A stretch of DNA of 64,000 nt from Caecitellus pseudoparvulus (Eukaryota > Protista > Bigyra: Bicosoecida): assembly GCA_965644315.1 (NCBI GenBank), contig CBFFRQ010000029.1, positions 124,001 through 188,000 on the forward strand. The letters are read 5' to 3'. Below, piece after piece: positions 13,601 to 23,237 of the stretch (the first letter of the stretch is position 1; every line of letters starts with the position of its first letter). Below the pieces are notes generated by a model, which saw nothing but the letters and a program-made list of their open reading frames with translations, searched no databases and had not been told where the DNA came from. A program made the translations under genes and the position numbers.

Positions 13601-16600
13601 GAGACTAGACGCGAGTGATCCCAGAGACGGCGGTGCCTTGCATGCGACATGGGCAGCCTGGCCTTGCATGTCCTCAGTCGCAACAGCGACGTTCGGGGGC
13701 GGCTCGGACAAGCCTTGGAGGGCGCTCAGATGCGTGAGAAGCAAGGAAATGGCAGCTTTTTTCAGAGGATGCTGCAAAACACCCCCGCCTTCCACAGAAA
13801 GCGGGCCGTCGCTGGCTGAATCCATCGTGGCTGTGCTGTCTGAATCGCTGCTGGCTGAAGGGTCAGCCGCAGCCCCTGCGTGTGACTGACTCGCCTCCGC
13901 GGTGCTGCCCAGCCACACCACTAGGTCGCTGAGGTGCCTGAACATGGGCTCCAGCACTGACAGCAAAGTGGGTGCTGGCAAATCGTGCAGCGCCCACAGC
14001 GCTGCCTCGAGGTGTGGACCATCTGTGTGGGTTGACCAATCATACAGAACATGCAGTGCGGCGTTGGCTGGGCGTCGTGGTGAGTCGGAGGTCACCTCCA
14101 CAACCACGTGCTCAGCCTCCTTGACCAGCAGCAAGCTTCGATCCCTGACTGTTGCTCGGCTCCTTCGAGAAGATTCTACGGCAGGGGAGGCTGCTCGCCC
14201 TGGCAAGGGCTCAAACATGCTGCGAGCCAGGGGCGAGTCCTCGAAGCTGCCGATGTACCCTGCCAAGTTCCGACGAGCATGCCCGGCAACGCTCGGGCGC
14301 CTGCTGCCACGCCTGCTGCCACCTCCACCAATCATAGAGTCTGCTCCGTCGCCGTCCATGGACAGGCGCAAGGCGGACGCGCGGCGGTAGGGTGCAGCGG
14401 ATTTCGCGACACTCCGCTGTGCGGTGGACATGTACTGCACAGCATCAAACACGGGGAGGGTGTACGAGCCAGCCCTCATGCCGACGCGAGTCCTTGGGTG
14501 GACGAGGGGGAAGAAAGAGAAACCCACCGGGAAGGACCTGCCTTCATTGGCAGAGACGTGGTAGTAAGCCAAGCGGATGTGTAGGGAGTCTAGCAGCTCC
14601 ACAGTGGGCACGACGAGAGTTACAGCTTCGTCCCACTCGGGGTCATTGACGTGGTAATACACAGCCGAGCGGTACTCGGGAGCCAGTTTGCGGCCTTCAG
14701 CAACGACGTGTTCGTGAGGCAAGTCCGGACGGATGCGGGACCCTGCTGCTGATCGAGGGCGCGGGCCTGCTTCAGGGGCCTCACCCTGGGATGACCCAGG
14801 GCTGGCATTCGAAACGCCAACTGGTCGAGTGGCGGACATGGAGCGGCGCCTGGTGGGTTTTGCAGCGTTGTTTTCGTGCACTGCGACAGAAACGACGCCC
14901 GACCCGTCCGTGAAGTGAGCTGTGGCTGGGAATGCGCCACCGTCTGCGTCTGTGGCCGTCCCCGTGAACGCGCGAGCGACACCCTGGCCCAGGTCACGTG
15001 GCATGGCAGAACTTCCCCAGCCGACACCCCTGACCAAACAAGGAAATACGGAGCCATCACGCTTCACCGCGTGAACTCTGACTTGCAAATTCAACCCTGC
15101 CTTCTTCTTGCCTTGGCCGAAGTGACCGCGCACCAAGCGGACGCGAATGTACGACACATGCGCTCCTACACCTTGTCCGTCCGAAACAGTGGCACCTCCC
15201 ATGCCTCGCAGCAAGCTGTCCAACGAGGAGTCGCGCTCCTCACCAGCAGCGGGGGTGTGATGGAAGGAAACGGAGCCTCTCCTAGTGCGAGTGGGCGCTT
15301 GGTATCCAGCGCAGGCTTTCAACGCAAGCAATTGCTCAGACTCAATGCTGCTGTAGCGCAGAAGCCGCAGTGCGTCCTTCATCGAAGCAGCCATTCCACG
15401 CACGCACTCCCAACGCCCTTGAACTTGCGCCGCAAGTCGTTGCACATAGGATGCAGGCTGAGTCGTAGTGAGGAGCACCTGGGATGCCATGTCTGTGCCA
15501 CACAGCCGGTGGAGGACCAAGGCATGCGCTTGGAGAGTCTCAGGATGCTGCGAAAGCAGCCTACTCGACAGGCCGCTTAGCTGAGCCGTGTGCTGTAGCT
15601 GGGGGAGGGCAGCGAGGAGTTTTTCCAGTGCGGGTGAAGGCGCATCTGCTGGTGCTGGAGTGGGTGGCTCCAGGCCCCCTCCAGCGCTGCTGTGCAGCGA
15701 CCGCAGTGTCTCCAGGACGTGGTGAGCAGTGGCGCTGGCGGAGTCCTCTTGAAGGAGCGCACATGCCACACTCCACAGCCACCCCCCCACCCCAGTCCAG
15801 TCGAACATTGGTTCATCGTCCCCCACATCTGCAGGCACGATGACGTCTGTGTGCGGACGCATCAAATCACCCCCCGGATGCACCGGCAGCATGTGGGGTA
15901 GTGGCTGGGAGTCGCTGCCACCAAGGGCTGCAACCTGGTCGTGCACACCCTCATGCCCTTCGGCCAGGGCTTGCCCAGCTGCGAGGGAAGCGGCCAGACT
16001 CCTCCGCGGAGCTTTCTTCCTCGTCTGGTGGGGTGACACAGTTTGGGCTTTGAGGGCCACTTGGGGTGCTAAGGGGCTCGCTGCAAGCAGCTGCCAATGC
16101 GCGTGCTGCCGCATGCTGCCCGACAGGGGGCCACAGTGGCCACCCCATTGGGGCTGGAGCCATGGCATGAGGGCCCCCACGAGACTTGCTGGTGGTGCAT
16201 AGCTTGCAGAATTACCCGCAAGAAGCTGTTCTGTTGCATGCTGGACACTGAAGGTGGCCGCTGTACCTTCAGCGGGAAGAAGGCGGGGAGCCGGGACAAG
16301 GGGAAGGGGCGCCTTGGCGCTTGCTGATCCAGCAAGCAAGGTTTCGGGCTGAACATCGCACCATGGCAAGTCAAGAACGGCCATATCCAATGCATGGACT
16401 GCTTCCTCTTCAGTCTCTGGTGCTGCCGCGTGCCTGACAGTGGAGTGAACGCGAGACACGCGCTCGTAGCGCGCCTGGGCACCTTCCCCCCCCCACCCTG
16501 CCCCTGCTGCGTGGTTTTGAACAATGTCCTCAATGCTCTGCAGGTTCTTCGCGATGCTTCCACTGCGGGGTGCCTCCTGCTGCTCCCTGTGCAAGCCAGA

Positions 16601-18433
16601 AGCAACGCGGGGGCGGGCTTTGGGTCCTGCAGTGACCACGGTCCCTGACCTCCCGCCCCTTGCTAGGGCCCCCGAGCACAAGCTTGCCAGGTGATTCACA
16701 TGTTCATAAGCGCTGACTACGTGCTGCGCCATCAAGCGGTGAGCAAGAGTGGAGAAGGCCAGGTCATCACCGCCTTTGGCGGTATACCAGCGCAATTCAA
16801 TGGGGCTATGCGCAGACACCGGCAGGCCTGCATGGCAGCCCTCATCACCGGCAGCACTGGCAGCGTGGTCATCTTCGCTGTCGCTTTCTGCCCCTGCGCC
16901 TACTTCAGCAGGAGCGAAGACACCTGTGACACCCTGCCGCTGAAGGCGTGAGCTGGCGCCAAGGCTCACGGGCGGCACAAGGCTGGGCGGCAAGAAAACC
17001 ACAGCCGCTCCCAACGGGCGCCTGTACACCGTGTTCAGCACAGTGTGGCCCTCGGGGGTTGGTACAACATCGTCCCACGTGGAAGCGGTGGTGGGATCCT
17101 CCATGTGCCCGAGGTGCGCAGACGAGCCCTCCCTTGACAAACCGCCGCCCAGGCTGCCCTCTCCACCTGGTTCGGCATCGGAAGAGGCTCGACTGCGACC
17201 ACTTGGCCCAGCTGCTCGCCTTGCTGTGTCGTGTGCGCTGGACATGATGGTGCGTACCAGCCCCGTGCGCCCCCTAAGCTTGCCCAGACGGAAGCTTCTG
17301 AAGCAGGCAAAGGCACGGCCAGCGTGAATGAATGAAGCTGGGACGCCAGTGAAAGTCAGGACAACTTGGCGAATTGCGTGGTCTGTAGCCTGCGCATTGT
17401 CTGGGGTGGAGGAGGTGGCGGCGGCGCCCCAGACGCGGGAAGAGAGACCGCTGAACCCTCCCTGCTCTGGTGCTTGTTGCGCCGCGGGGGCAACTGTGTG
17501 CGAGTGCTCCGGCAAGCACACACTGCCCGTCTTGTCCAGGGAGAGTAGCCACTCGGTGGAAACAGGCCGGCCCGTGACAACATCGTGGAGCGCGACAAAC
17601 ACCTCCACTGGCTCGTCGCCTTGGGCTGCCAGCTGCAGAGGCAATCGCAGGGTGATGCAGACTTCTTCACGGAGCAGCGCTGACTGTTGGCGAGCTCTAC
17701 TGGTTGAAGCTGCCGCCCATGCACTCCCAGCAAGTGCGCTGAAAAGATGACGTGGCGCTGGAGTGAATGGTGTGGGTTTTGCAGGCAAGGAGGGCGCAGG
17801 GAGCACTGCCGGTGCGAGGGCTTGTGCATGGAAGCCCCCAAATGAACTGCCAATGGAGTCTGTCAGGATGCCGCACGTGGCATGGGCGGCTGGCAAGTGC
17901 TGCGCGGTGTCGAGCGCCAGGCACAGCTGCTGCAGGGAGGGCGCTTGGCTGGGCACCAGCGGCACAGCGCGGAGCAACCTGCGCTCCTCAATGCGGCACG
18001 CCGCCGCTACGACACTGGGGGATGGAGCAAAGGGAGACGTCAGGACCGTCCCAAGTGAATGGGGGTGCAGGACGCCAGGCTCTGTCTGTGCAGCAGCAGC
18101 AAGCAGGGCGTGTGCAGCTCTCTGCAGCGTGCCGGTGGGCATGATCCAAGTTCCTGGCTCCACTGCCGCGCTCCGAACCATTGTGGCATTGGAATTGCCG
18201 AGGGCCTTGTGTATGTCACATGCAAGGTGCTGAAGGCACTGCATCCGGCGCCACCTTCGTCGCTGGTGCGCGGACTGCAAGAGCTGCCTCAAGTCCACAA
18301 GCAAGCTCAACGCGACTGAAACGCCAAGGGTTGCAGTGTCGTCCCCGGAGCTGCTAGCGACCTGGCACCCTGAAGATGCTAGCCGTGCTGCTTGGAGAAG
18401 GCAGGCATCGAGGTGATCAGGCCTGGTGTTCAT
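7619..18433 (-). CDS. DOCK-family (DOCK-A/B-like) Rho guanine nucleotide exchange factor, 3604 aa
   Basis: DOCK N-terminal motifs (VFVALHD..G.PVSTEW, RRPLGAAV). DHR-1 C2 domain (LVRGHF...EYRSAVYYHVNDPEWDEAV...HIRLAYYHVS...FSFFPL, about 14500-15150). DHR-2 (IQYLRNTHRTDLFVTYVKYLSKLH..VGNHAEAAFT; FPNLHRRS; LKGVLDAAVQGGIANYE with the nucleotide-sensor Val). Confidence 0.9.
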   Translation of the reverse strand: MNTRPDHLDACLLQAARLASSGCQVASSSGDDTATLGVSVALSLLVDLRQLLQSAHQRRRWRRMQCLQHLACDIHKALGNSNATMVRSAAVEPGTWIMPTGTLQRAAHALLAAAAQTEPGVLHPHSLGTVLTSPFAPSPSVVAAACRIEERRLLRAVPLVPSQAPSLQQLCLALDTAQHLPAAHATCGILTDSIGSSFGGFHAQALAPAVLPAPSLPAKPTPFTPAPRHLFSALAGSAWAAASTSRARQQSALLREEVCITLRLPLQLAAQGDEPVEVFVALHDVVTGRPVSTEWLLSLDKTGSVCLPEHSHTVAPAAQQAPEQGGFSGLSSRVWGAAATSSTPDNAQATDHAIRQVVLTFTGVPASFIHAGRAFACFRSFRLGKLRGRTGLVRTIMSSAHDTARRAAGPSGRSRASSDAEPGGEGSLGGGLSREGSSAHLGHMEDPTTASTWDDVVPTPEGHTVLNTVYRRPLGAAVVFLPPSLVPPVSLGASSRLQRQGVTGVFAPAEVGAGAESDSEDDHAASAAGDEGCHAGLPVSAHSPIELRWYTAKGGDDLAFSTLAHRLMAQHVVSAYEHVNHLASLCSGALARGGRSGTVVTAGPKARPRVASGLHREQQEAPRSGSIAKNLQSIEDIVQNHAAGAGWGGEGAQARYERVSRVHSTVRHAAAPETEEEAVHALDMAVLDLPWCDVQPETLLAGSASAKAPLPLVPAPRLLPAEGTAATFSVQHATEQLLAGNSASYAPPASLVGALMPWLQPQWGGHCGPLSGSMRQHAHWQLLAASPLAPQVALKAQTVSPHQTRKKAPRRSLAASLAAGQALAEGHEGVHDQVAALGGSDSQPLPHMLPVHPGGDLMRPHTDVIVPADVGDDEPMFDWTGVGGWLWSVACALLQEDSASATAHHVLETLRSLHSSAGGGLEPPTPAPADAPSPALEKLLAALPQLQHTAQLSGLSSRLLSQHPETLQAHALVLHRLCGTDMASQVLLTTTQPASYVQRLAAQVQGRWECVRGMAASMKDALRLLRYSSIESEQLLALKACAGYQAPTRTRRGSVSFHHTPAAGEERDSSLDSLLRGMGGATVSDGQGVGAHVSYIRVRLVRGHFGQGKKKAGLNLQVRVHAVKRDGSVFPCLVRGVGWGSSAMPRDLGQGVARAFTGTATDADGGAFPATAHFTDGSGVVSVAVHENNAAKPTRRRSMSATRPVGVSNASPGSSQGEAPEAGPRPRSAAGSRIRPDLPHEHVVAEGRKLAPEYRSAVYYHVNDPEWDEAVTLVVPTVELLDSLHIRLAYYHVSANEGRSFPVGFSFFPLVHPRTRVGMRAGSYTLPVFDAVQYMSTAQRSVAKSAAPYRRASALRLSMDGDGADSMIGGGGSRRGSRRPSVAGHARRNLAGYIGSFEDSPLARSMFEPLPGRAASPAVESSRRSRATVRDRSLLLVKEAEHVVVEVTSDSPRRPANAALHVLYDWSTHTDGPHLEAALWALHDLPAPTLLSVLEPMFRHLSDLVVWLGSTAEASQSHAGAAADPSASSDSDSTATMDSASDGPLSVEGGGVLQHPLKKAAISLLLTHLSALQGLSEPPPNVAVATEDMQGQAAHVACKAPPSLGSLASSLRSGVLPGDGRRGKRARSTSGGSASASGESKDPSPTRVPMHLAGAHIYATPSVRQVARLALRHCMGRGAFPARLAEPLSRWTQALLEAMLEGQQVDSACRSIFVLVLACLPDVARLLVHTQLAAGGGAASASAAMLAIRQALLRVCRLPVVAPLGDKAPSVQTLAWHAVLQTAALRAVAPLCTVMLGVTSCSTLQAWCAKLLRAIQPRALVPALSGLAGSAHPPLETLGGGTASKQRLAGASIRWRSVPLAYKYRGWVPASTALAIAKLSCIQQVLCIPELAPRPARCGCEGMEAGTALWNAAAHTSKVHLNSNEAERTLAAAILHRMVAQLHAAAVASAPAESPAPTPPLLPARGPSAGPLAAAAWAVFTSLPELSRAIVEVGAVGGEGGGGLPPSDASAPHHNSPGSLQSPPHARLLAPAAPAQYVNLAACPVGPQGSAAVIGKVVAGALVLPSRPPTLEDVDTVRVPRAARARFAFLGGDPAQRTPSAEHEKVETPLLHCFVLLQACIGHVAQLSLLAGGLVNVVGAGKELGDEPLLAAGALAKLLPAVSEGSEPPLQAARGDGQVAAEPGPAPSKGATVSFSEAIPQDPEDVPGSRRSWSTFTTRSMGVLSTMSEASHAEDKSETESVAEGAPSPPDEPVKRVLPGAGEALGVQPCKTTLYQWLADTLASLLLLMPSGSFPALCRAVSQHASGLVGQGACAAERATGQRGPGLGKEEEGQAAIEGSCPLDPFMTAGLLEAGRLAVLRRLAGAIEVLLARPPHPASWVHAACTTHVACLRGLHWASIASASLYLHSHVGKQGPAACFLLDVAAGFLLRPLLRTHIALLTSPLATVENLPLVRRRAVVKTLASMGMPDFREAVMGSFSTLWGDACVPAPEAFLPSTASPRVLAQSPDGNGSYLPHRLRLAAAPLLVPTALELAHACHKPMASWARSVFFDIIRAEVKVVASSGKSSPRRMQRRSFAVALSTQADTSTTLPISERWTIDAVDAIVARGGALLLPPSACVGGGTFPVLGVGLIHSDKGQGQAGNMLLQLFSASGSQYQHGMDPQHLRLLARPEVAQFLAECRTLFRMLRAVNRYPRSPPALFEEERTEAALTLIQYLRNTHRTDLFVTYVKYLSKLHAEVGNHAEAAFTQLLFLDLVAAREGGMPPPTSEAGNSVTNILHDAFEALADGSQDWEEALVLARLLSCRYFAVGTRQAYNSLADVLSRSSAIVTKLAKESTGRSKARARCPHYAVQYVGAAFPPSLRGRTFVYRAHSTVAVSVFERQLRLKWATVMSATEDSLQAAGALDPEQLPPGAPSLIKVPFEPLRQASHLDGAPARVADDISAVQTTTQQALDVSELPWHRDLRIAVMAVDPAPLHEQEAVEGAVLYVEEHLAAYGVPPLEPSPEWHDGPPSELRASGLLASVGPTGEADHAFASFASLCKTARKIGVSGAMVPPSHVAWKSYTLPPQIPHQPAFIQTPRQLLAPPPPAEAFAHPRTLAVLRSLPSLKTGAFSLHALTSAALVQDIDLDSAVASVLCAGASDTRMPTTLPSAAKPVSATRRASVLSPSTLPTKRSSMVRSTRGASSGGGLSSVREGSSQMPAAAAAERTVSDVSSGTRHSAVSLSRLDSLDMGEGVLQLVQSGLEEHGSEGALPPGFKLLPPALLPSVTVPSMSFVPTRQDAQGSSRPVDADGGQRWESLWGPVLAAVQSAARAQASKYDDVPRPLLQGREYSRVRVFLSKRPVKVRKTGNESLDIWVRYTWLVTSSAFPNLHRRSQVTHAHTVLMTPFDSAILVLREKTADMRFAIQRAAAAPAGTDVNFLTGQLKGVLDAAVQGGIANYETLLTGSYVETYPEILEELKVRYGRIIGNWRSSVVSTHSIHTVAGDSDSEGAPERKQSSDMHELVGEDARSDADAPALAALRHALSEQLTVCGKGLVLHATKCSASMLPLHDYLCEKLAGLCDRLEGLGVPLEEARFEGTQARQMSQESQVIGAQAAASRR

Positions 18434-18642
18434 TTCGACTTGCTGGGGTGCCTGGCGGGCAGGCGCCAGGCAACCTTCGCTAACGCGCTGGCTGAGGAGA
18501 CGCGCAGGTCACTGGACTACCGGGGCAAGGTGCCGTTTGGGGCAGGTGTGGTGAGGCGACGTGAGTGCACGCTGCACAGGATTTGGGACCGCGGGTGCAT
18601 TTGTAGGTTCGGTCACCTGACCTGGTTGGCACAGGAACTGCT

Positions 18643-21600
18643 TCAAGCTTGGGAAGCCGCTGATGGTGTTGGCGCGTCATTCCCGAGGTACCGAGTGGAG
18701 GCATCCGCCCATTGAGCGAGGACAGCTGCATCGACGGGCTTGGTCAGCACCCGGCAGACACCCTTGCGTTTAAACTCGGCCACGTCCGCCAACAGCGCGT
18801 TGCCGGTGACTCCCAGCATGAGGCGGGAGTAGCCCAGCTGCCGGATGGCGGCGGCAGCCTCGTAGCCATCCATAATGGGCATCTCCTTGTCCATGAGGAT
18901 GAGGGAGTAGTATGCTGGGCCCTTGGCTGCGACGGCATCCACCGCCACCTTGCCATTCTCGGCCGTGTCGATGACTTCGGCCTTGGTGCGTCGCTTCAGG
19001 AGGCGCTTGAACAGCGAACGGGTGGTTTTAGCATCGTCCACGACGAGAATACGGAGGGGAATGGTCACATTGGCGTCTGGCAAGGCGGGCGGCAGCGTTG
19101 CATCATCAGTCACGGAGGCAGCCCCCGCAGCAGCTGGCCCAGCGCCTGGTCCAGAGGGGGTCGGGTCCGGCTCTTCTGGGACGTCAGGCATGGAGGCCAC
19201 GCCGTCAGGCGTGGCCACGCCATCCTCCGCCGCCTTGGGGGGGGATGCTTGCCCAGCGGAGCTCTCCTCGGCAGCCGCCTTGCCGACTCCACCCAACTGC
19301 TGCAGCAGAGTCTCCGTGCCATCGTCGTGTGAGGGTTGAGAGCCTCCCGTGTCTTGTCTAGCAGGGTTGGACCCTGAGCCAAGTGAGCGAGAGGACTGAC
19401 TGTGCCCAGCAGAGGGCAAGTCCTCCCCCTCTGCGGTGGAGTTCGACGTCGCAGACGAAACGACGCTGCTGGTCTCCGGCTCCGAAGTCGTGCTGGGCCC
19501 GGCCCACTGAGCAATCTCGGCGTCCATGGTGGAAGGCGTGCCCACCAGGGCGTCGTCAGGTCGGCCCATGTGCACGGGCAGGGACACCTGCATGACCACC
19601 CTCGTCCCGTGTCCGTGGCCATCCGAGAAGACATGCAGTGAGCCGCCGTGCCGTTGCACGACAGCCCTTGCAATGATGAGAGACAGCCCACTGCCTCCTT
19701 GGTTCTGCTCCCCTTCGTGGGGCACCAGGGTGGCAAAAGGATTCCACATCTGGGTCTGCAGTTCAGGGGAAATACCACGCCCGGAATCCTCCACGATTGT
19801 GGTCCACAGGGCGTACTGCTTGCCCGCGCTGGAGGTGGAGCCAAACACAGAGCTCAGCGTCACGTCAGACAAGCCAACGCCCTCAGACAGCTTGGCCCAC
19901 ACCTCCTCTGCCTGGGCACACACGACTTCCTTCTTGCAGCAGGTGCCCTTCTTCAAGTTCAGGGTCAGGTCTCGCACAGCGTCCACGCCCTTGCACAGCC
20001 GCTCCCGCTGCTGCCCACGGGTCTCCAGGGTGACGTGGGAGCCCACCCAAATCTTGTCGCCTTTGCCCGAGAACTTGAGGGCGTTGGCCACGATGGTGTG
20101 GATGGCGTTCCGCAGGCGGACGATGTCTGCACTCACCCACACGGCGGCTGTGGGGTGCCCAGACTTGTCCTGCACCGAAGGCAGAGCCGACGCGAAGCCA
20201 GTAGCCACCATGGCCGGGTCAACGGTGAGCGGCCGCCACATGAGGTGCTGCCCCTTGCGAGAACTGAGCGGAGCGAACTGCTCTGACACACGCTTGAGCA
20301 TGTCGTGCAGTTCAAATGCGAGGACGTTCTGCTGGAAGCCCGTGTCTGTCAGTACCAAGGCGCCAAAATCGCGGACCTGGTGCATGACCCGCTGCAGGCG
20401 GCGCACGCCAGAGAAGGACGCCCGCAGGGACTCCTCGGAGCTGCTGAGCAGGGCCAGGATGGACTCCCGCCCCATGGGCTCGTCGGGCGCTGGGCCACCT
20501 TTTGGGGAGGCAGCTGTTGGACTGCTGCTGCCTGTGACGCAGCTGCCTGAAGCGTCGGCGCAGGTGTAGTCCTTCACGATGGTGTGCACTTCCTGTACAG
20601 CGTCTTGCGCAAGGGACATGGCGATAGAGATGTCGTTGAGGGGGGAGCGCTGCTCGTGCATGAGCCAGCGGAAGAAGCGCATCTGCAGCTGGTTGCGGGT
20701 TGTCTGAGAGGCAACTTGCCCTTCCAGCTGGTTCACGCCGAGGTCCCCCACAAAGAGCACCATGGGCAGGACGAAGGAGGTGAGGGCGTGGCGCCCGGAG
20801 GACAGCAGGTACGCCGTCGCGTGGATGCCTTCGGCAGTTTCTGGAGTGATGTCCTGGACGTTCAAGAAGAGCATGGTGGCGGGGATGTGCAGAGCCACGC
20901 CCGCCACGAACAGCACCGTGGCCATGCGCACGACGGGGTGGTGGGACGCCAGCCTGTTTGTGAAGAACAGCATGCTGGCCAGGGCGAGAGGCTCCACGAA
21001 GACCCCCAGGAACTCCACAGGCATGATGGTGGAGATCCACGCAGAGCCCATAGTGAGCAGCATGGCCTGGGAGACGCCAAGGAGTGCCGTGGCGCCGAAC
21101 ACGGCCATGGCGAACCGCTGGGACAAGTCAGACGAGGCGTTGAAGTGCTTCAGGCGCACAAGGCCCAGCGCCAGCACCAACAACGGCAGGGTGACGGGCT
21201 TGGTGAAGTTGTCGGCGGTGTCGGCGCCCACAGCCCCGAACAGGGAGTGCACGTTAAAGACTGGCACAAAGGGGACTGCGAAGACCAGGATCAGCAGCTC
21301 GTGCGCCACTGTGATGGCGGTGCTCAGCATGAGCAGCTGAAGAGTGTGCATGAGCCTCAGTTTGGTAGTGGTGCTTTGCAGGGTCTGTGTAGTGTGGCGG
21401 GTCGCGGCAGTGCTTGGAGGTGCCCAGGTGCATCCTGGAGGATTGCAGGCAGGCTGGCAGGCGGCTGTGCGGGCAGACTGCGGAATCGCTGCACGCACGA
21501 GAATGTGGGTGGCAGCCAGGGCCCCGAAGAGGAAGAACATCACGCCGAAAGACACCACAGTCCAGCCAACCATTCGGCTGGCTGTCAGCTGCATGGGATG

Positions 21601-21949
21601 CCCGGAGCTCTGCGGAGCAGCGCGGGGTAAGGGAGTATGACGTGGGCTGTGCAAGCGAAACGCAGGTGTGCGCTGGGCTTACCTCCAGCTCATCGCACGA
21701 GAGCGACGGCCATACCCAGCGGCTCCAGGCCATGGCCAGCGCTGCAAAAAGCAGCGACTTGACGACGATGCTGTCCACCATGCAGGCCATGAAGGTGACG
21801 CCGGAGAAGTGGCTGCCTCCTTGGAGCGGAGGAGACCTCAGTGCTCCCGGGCCGACCGTAACACCGTCGTTGGCTGCGCCGGACTTGCGCAGCAAACGCA
21901 TGCCATCCCCGAGAGTGATGTCCGCCATGAACTCCAGCAGAGTGGCCAT
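18643..21949 (-). CDS. Multi-pass membrane hybrid sensor histidine kinase (TM sensor, HisKA, HATPase, receiver)
   Basis: H-box LMHEQRSPLNDI, N-box IVANALKFS, G1 VEDSGRGI, F-box WNPF, G2 GGSGLSL. Receiver ILVVDD...LILMDKEMPIMDG...VTGNA...LTKP. About 8 hydrophobic N-terminal segments. ATG at 21949, intron 21610-21682 and a probable in-frame intron 21385-21498. Confidence 0.9.
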
Positions 21950-23237
21950 CGTGCCCTTGCTGCCCGGCTTCGGAGCGGCGGGCGGAAAACGCTGCCAAGT
22001 TCCGCACGGGCGCTTCCGCCGACGAGGTACCAGGGAACAAGAGCAGAGGCCAGGGGACGAAGTAAGACGGGTCAGGCTTGAATATTCTGTATGCTTGTTG
22101 AAGTAGGGGGTGTCTTGCCGTTGCTGTCTGGCGGGGTTTGACGACTGCGGCTGACTGTCGGCGCAAGTGCTCGAACGAGCGTATCGCGGCGGCCCGCTAG
22201 TTCTCGGCGAGCCGTGGCAGCATGGGCCGCAGCCACACGGACAACTTCGTGGAAGGTAGGGGGGCACTTCCCTTGAGGCATTGGATCGATTGTGACCTGC
22301 CCTGGTGCCCTGGCGCTTTGCTGCGCCAACCGAGGAGTGTCCACGTGTTACGCCGGAGACGAGCGGGTGTTGTGTGCCGCAGGCGGAAGATGTTGAAGCG
22401 GCCAACTCCGCCCACCGAGACGGCGTTCTGGGGGCTGCGGAGTCCAAAAGAATCACGGCAGTGTGATCCCTTGTTTCATGACAAGATTCCCCGACGTGCA
22501 GCAGCTTGTAAGAAGGCTCCTGGCGGGAGTCAGGCACTTCGAGGTGCGGCCCCTGTGTCGGCAAAATGTGCGGGTGCCGATGTCGGGTCTGCTCCGCGGG
22601 GCTTGCAGGTCTGCTGCAGGCTTCTCTCCTCATGCTGGAAATGAGGTGTGGTGATCGAGGCAAGCACAGGCTGTCCTCCTTGCCGTGTCTCGAAGCTCGG
22701 CTGCGAACCGGTCCCTGTCACAGGTGGCAGAGGACAGCGTTTCACGAGAGTTTCAAGCGCGAACTACCCTCCGACGTCGTACTTCAAAGAATCAAAGCCT
22801 GGGTGCCCACGAGTTGAAGGCGGACAAAGAAAGCAAATCAAACAGGGCAAAAATGAGTATGTGTGATTTGCACTTTACAATGAACAGAACAGCGTGCAGC
22901 TGAGCCCATCTGCTTGGAGACAAGCGTGTCGACACGGCGTTGGCTCTTGTCCGAACAAGGAGGCCAATGGCGGAGCGTCGGCAAATAAAAGGCACCAGCA
23001 AGTGGAACACACACGTTGTTTTGTCGCTCCTCCCTATCAATGGTCTCTCGACTCGTCCCTGGCCCCAACCTGCCTCTGGCTAGTGACGTGCGCCACAACC
23101 ACTGACCTGTCCCTTGCGCAAGCCGGGCCCGCCTTTTGAATTGTCGGTACACGGAGTTTGCAGCGGCACACAGAGGGAACCGTGTTATCAGGCTTCTTGG
23201 GCCTGCTTGGTCTGGTTCAGACCCTGCAGTGCGCGCC

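Noticed and set aside
20700-21949. Histidine kinase rhodopsin
   Set aside because: There is no Lys or DxxxK motif in the last TM helix and no recognisable rhodopsin helix C motif.
21950-23237. ORFs in the 1.3-kb divergent region between the histidine kinase and ATG11 (e.g. 22222-22644)
   Set aside because: They have no recognisable motif, and the apparent donor after MGRSHTDNFVE leads to an immediate stop at the nearest good acceptor. Treated as promoter or UTR.
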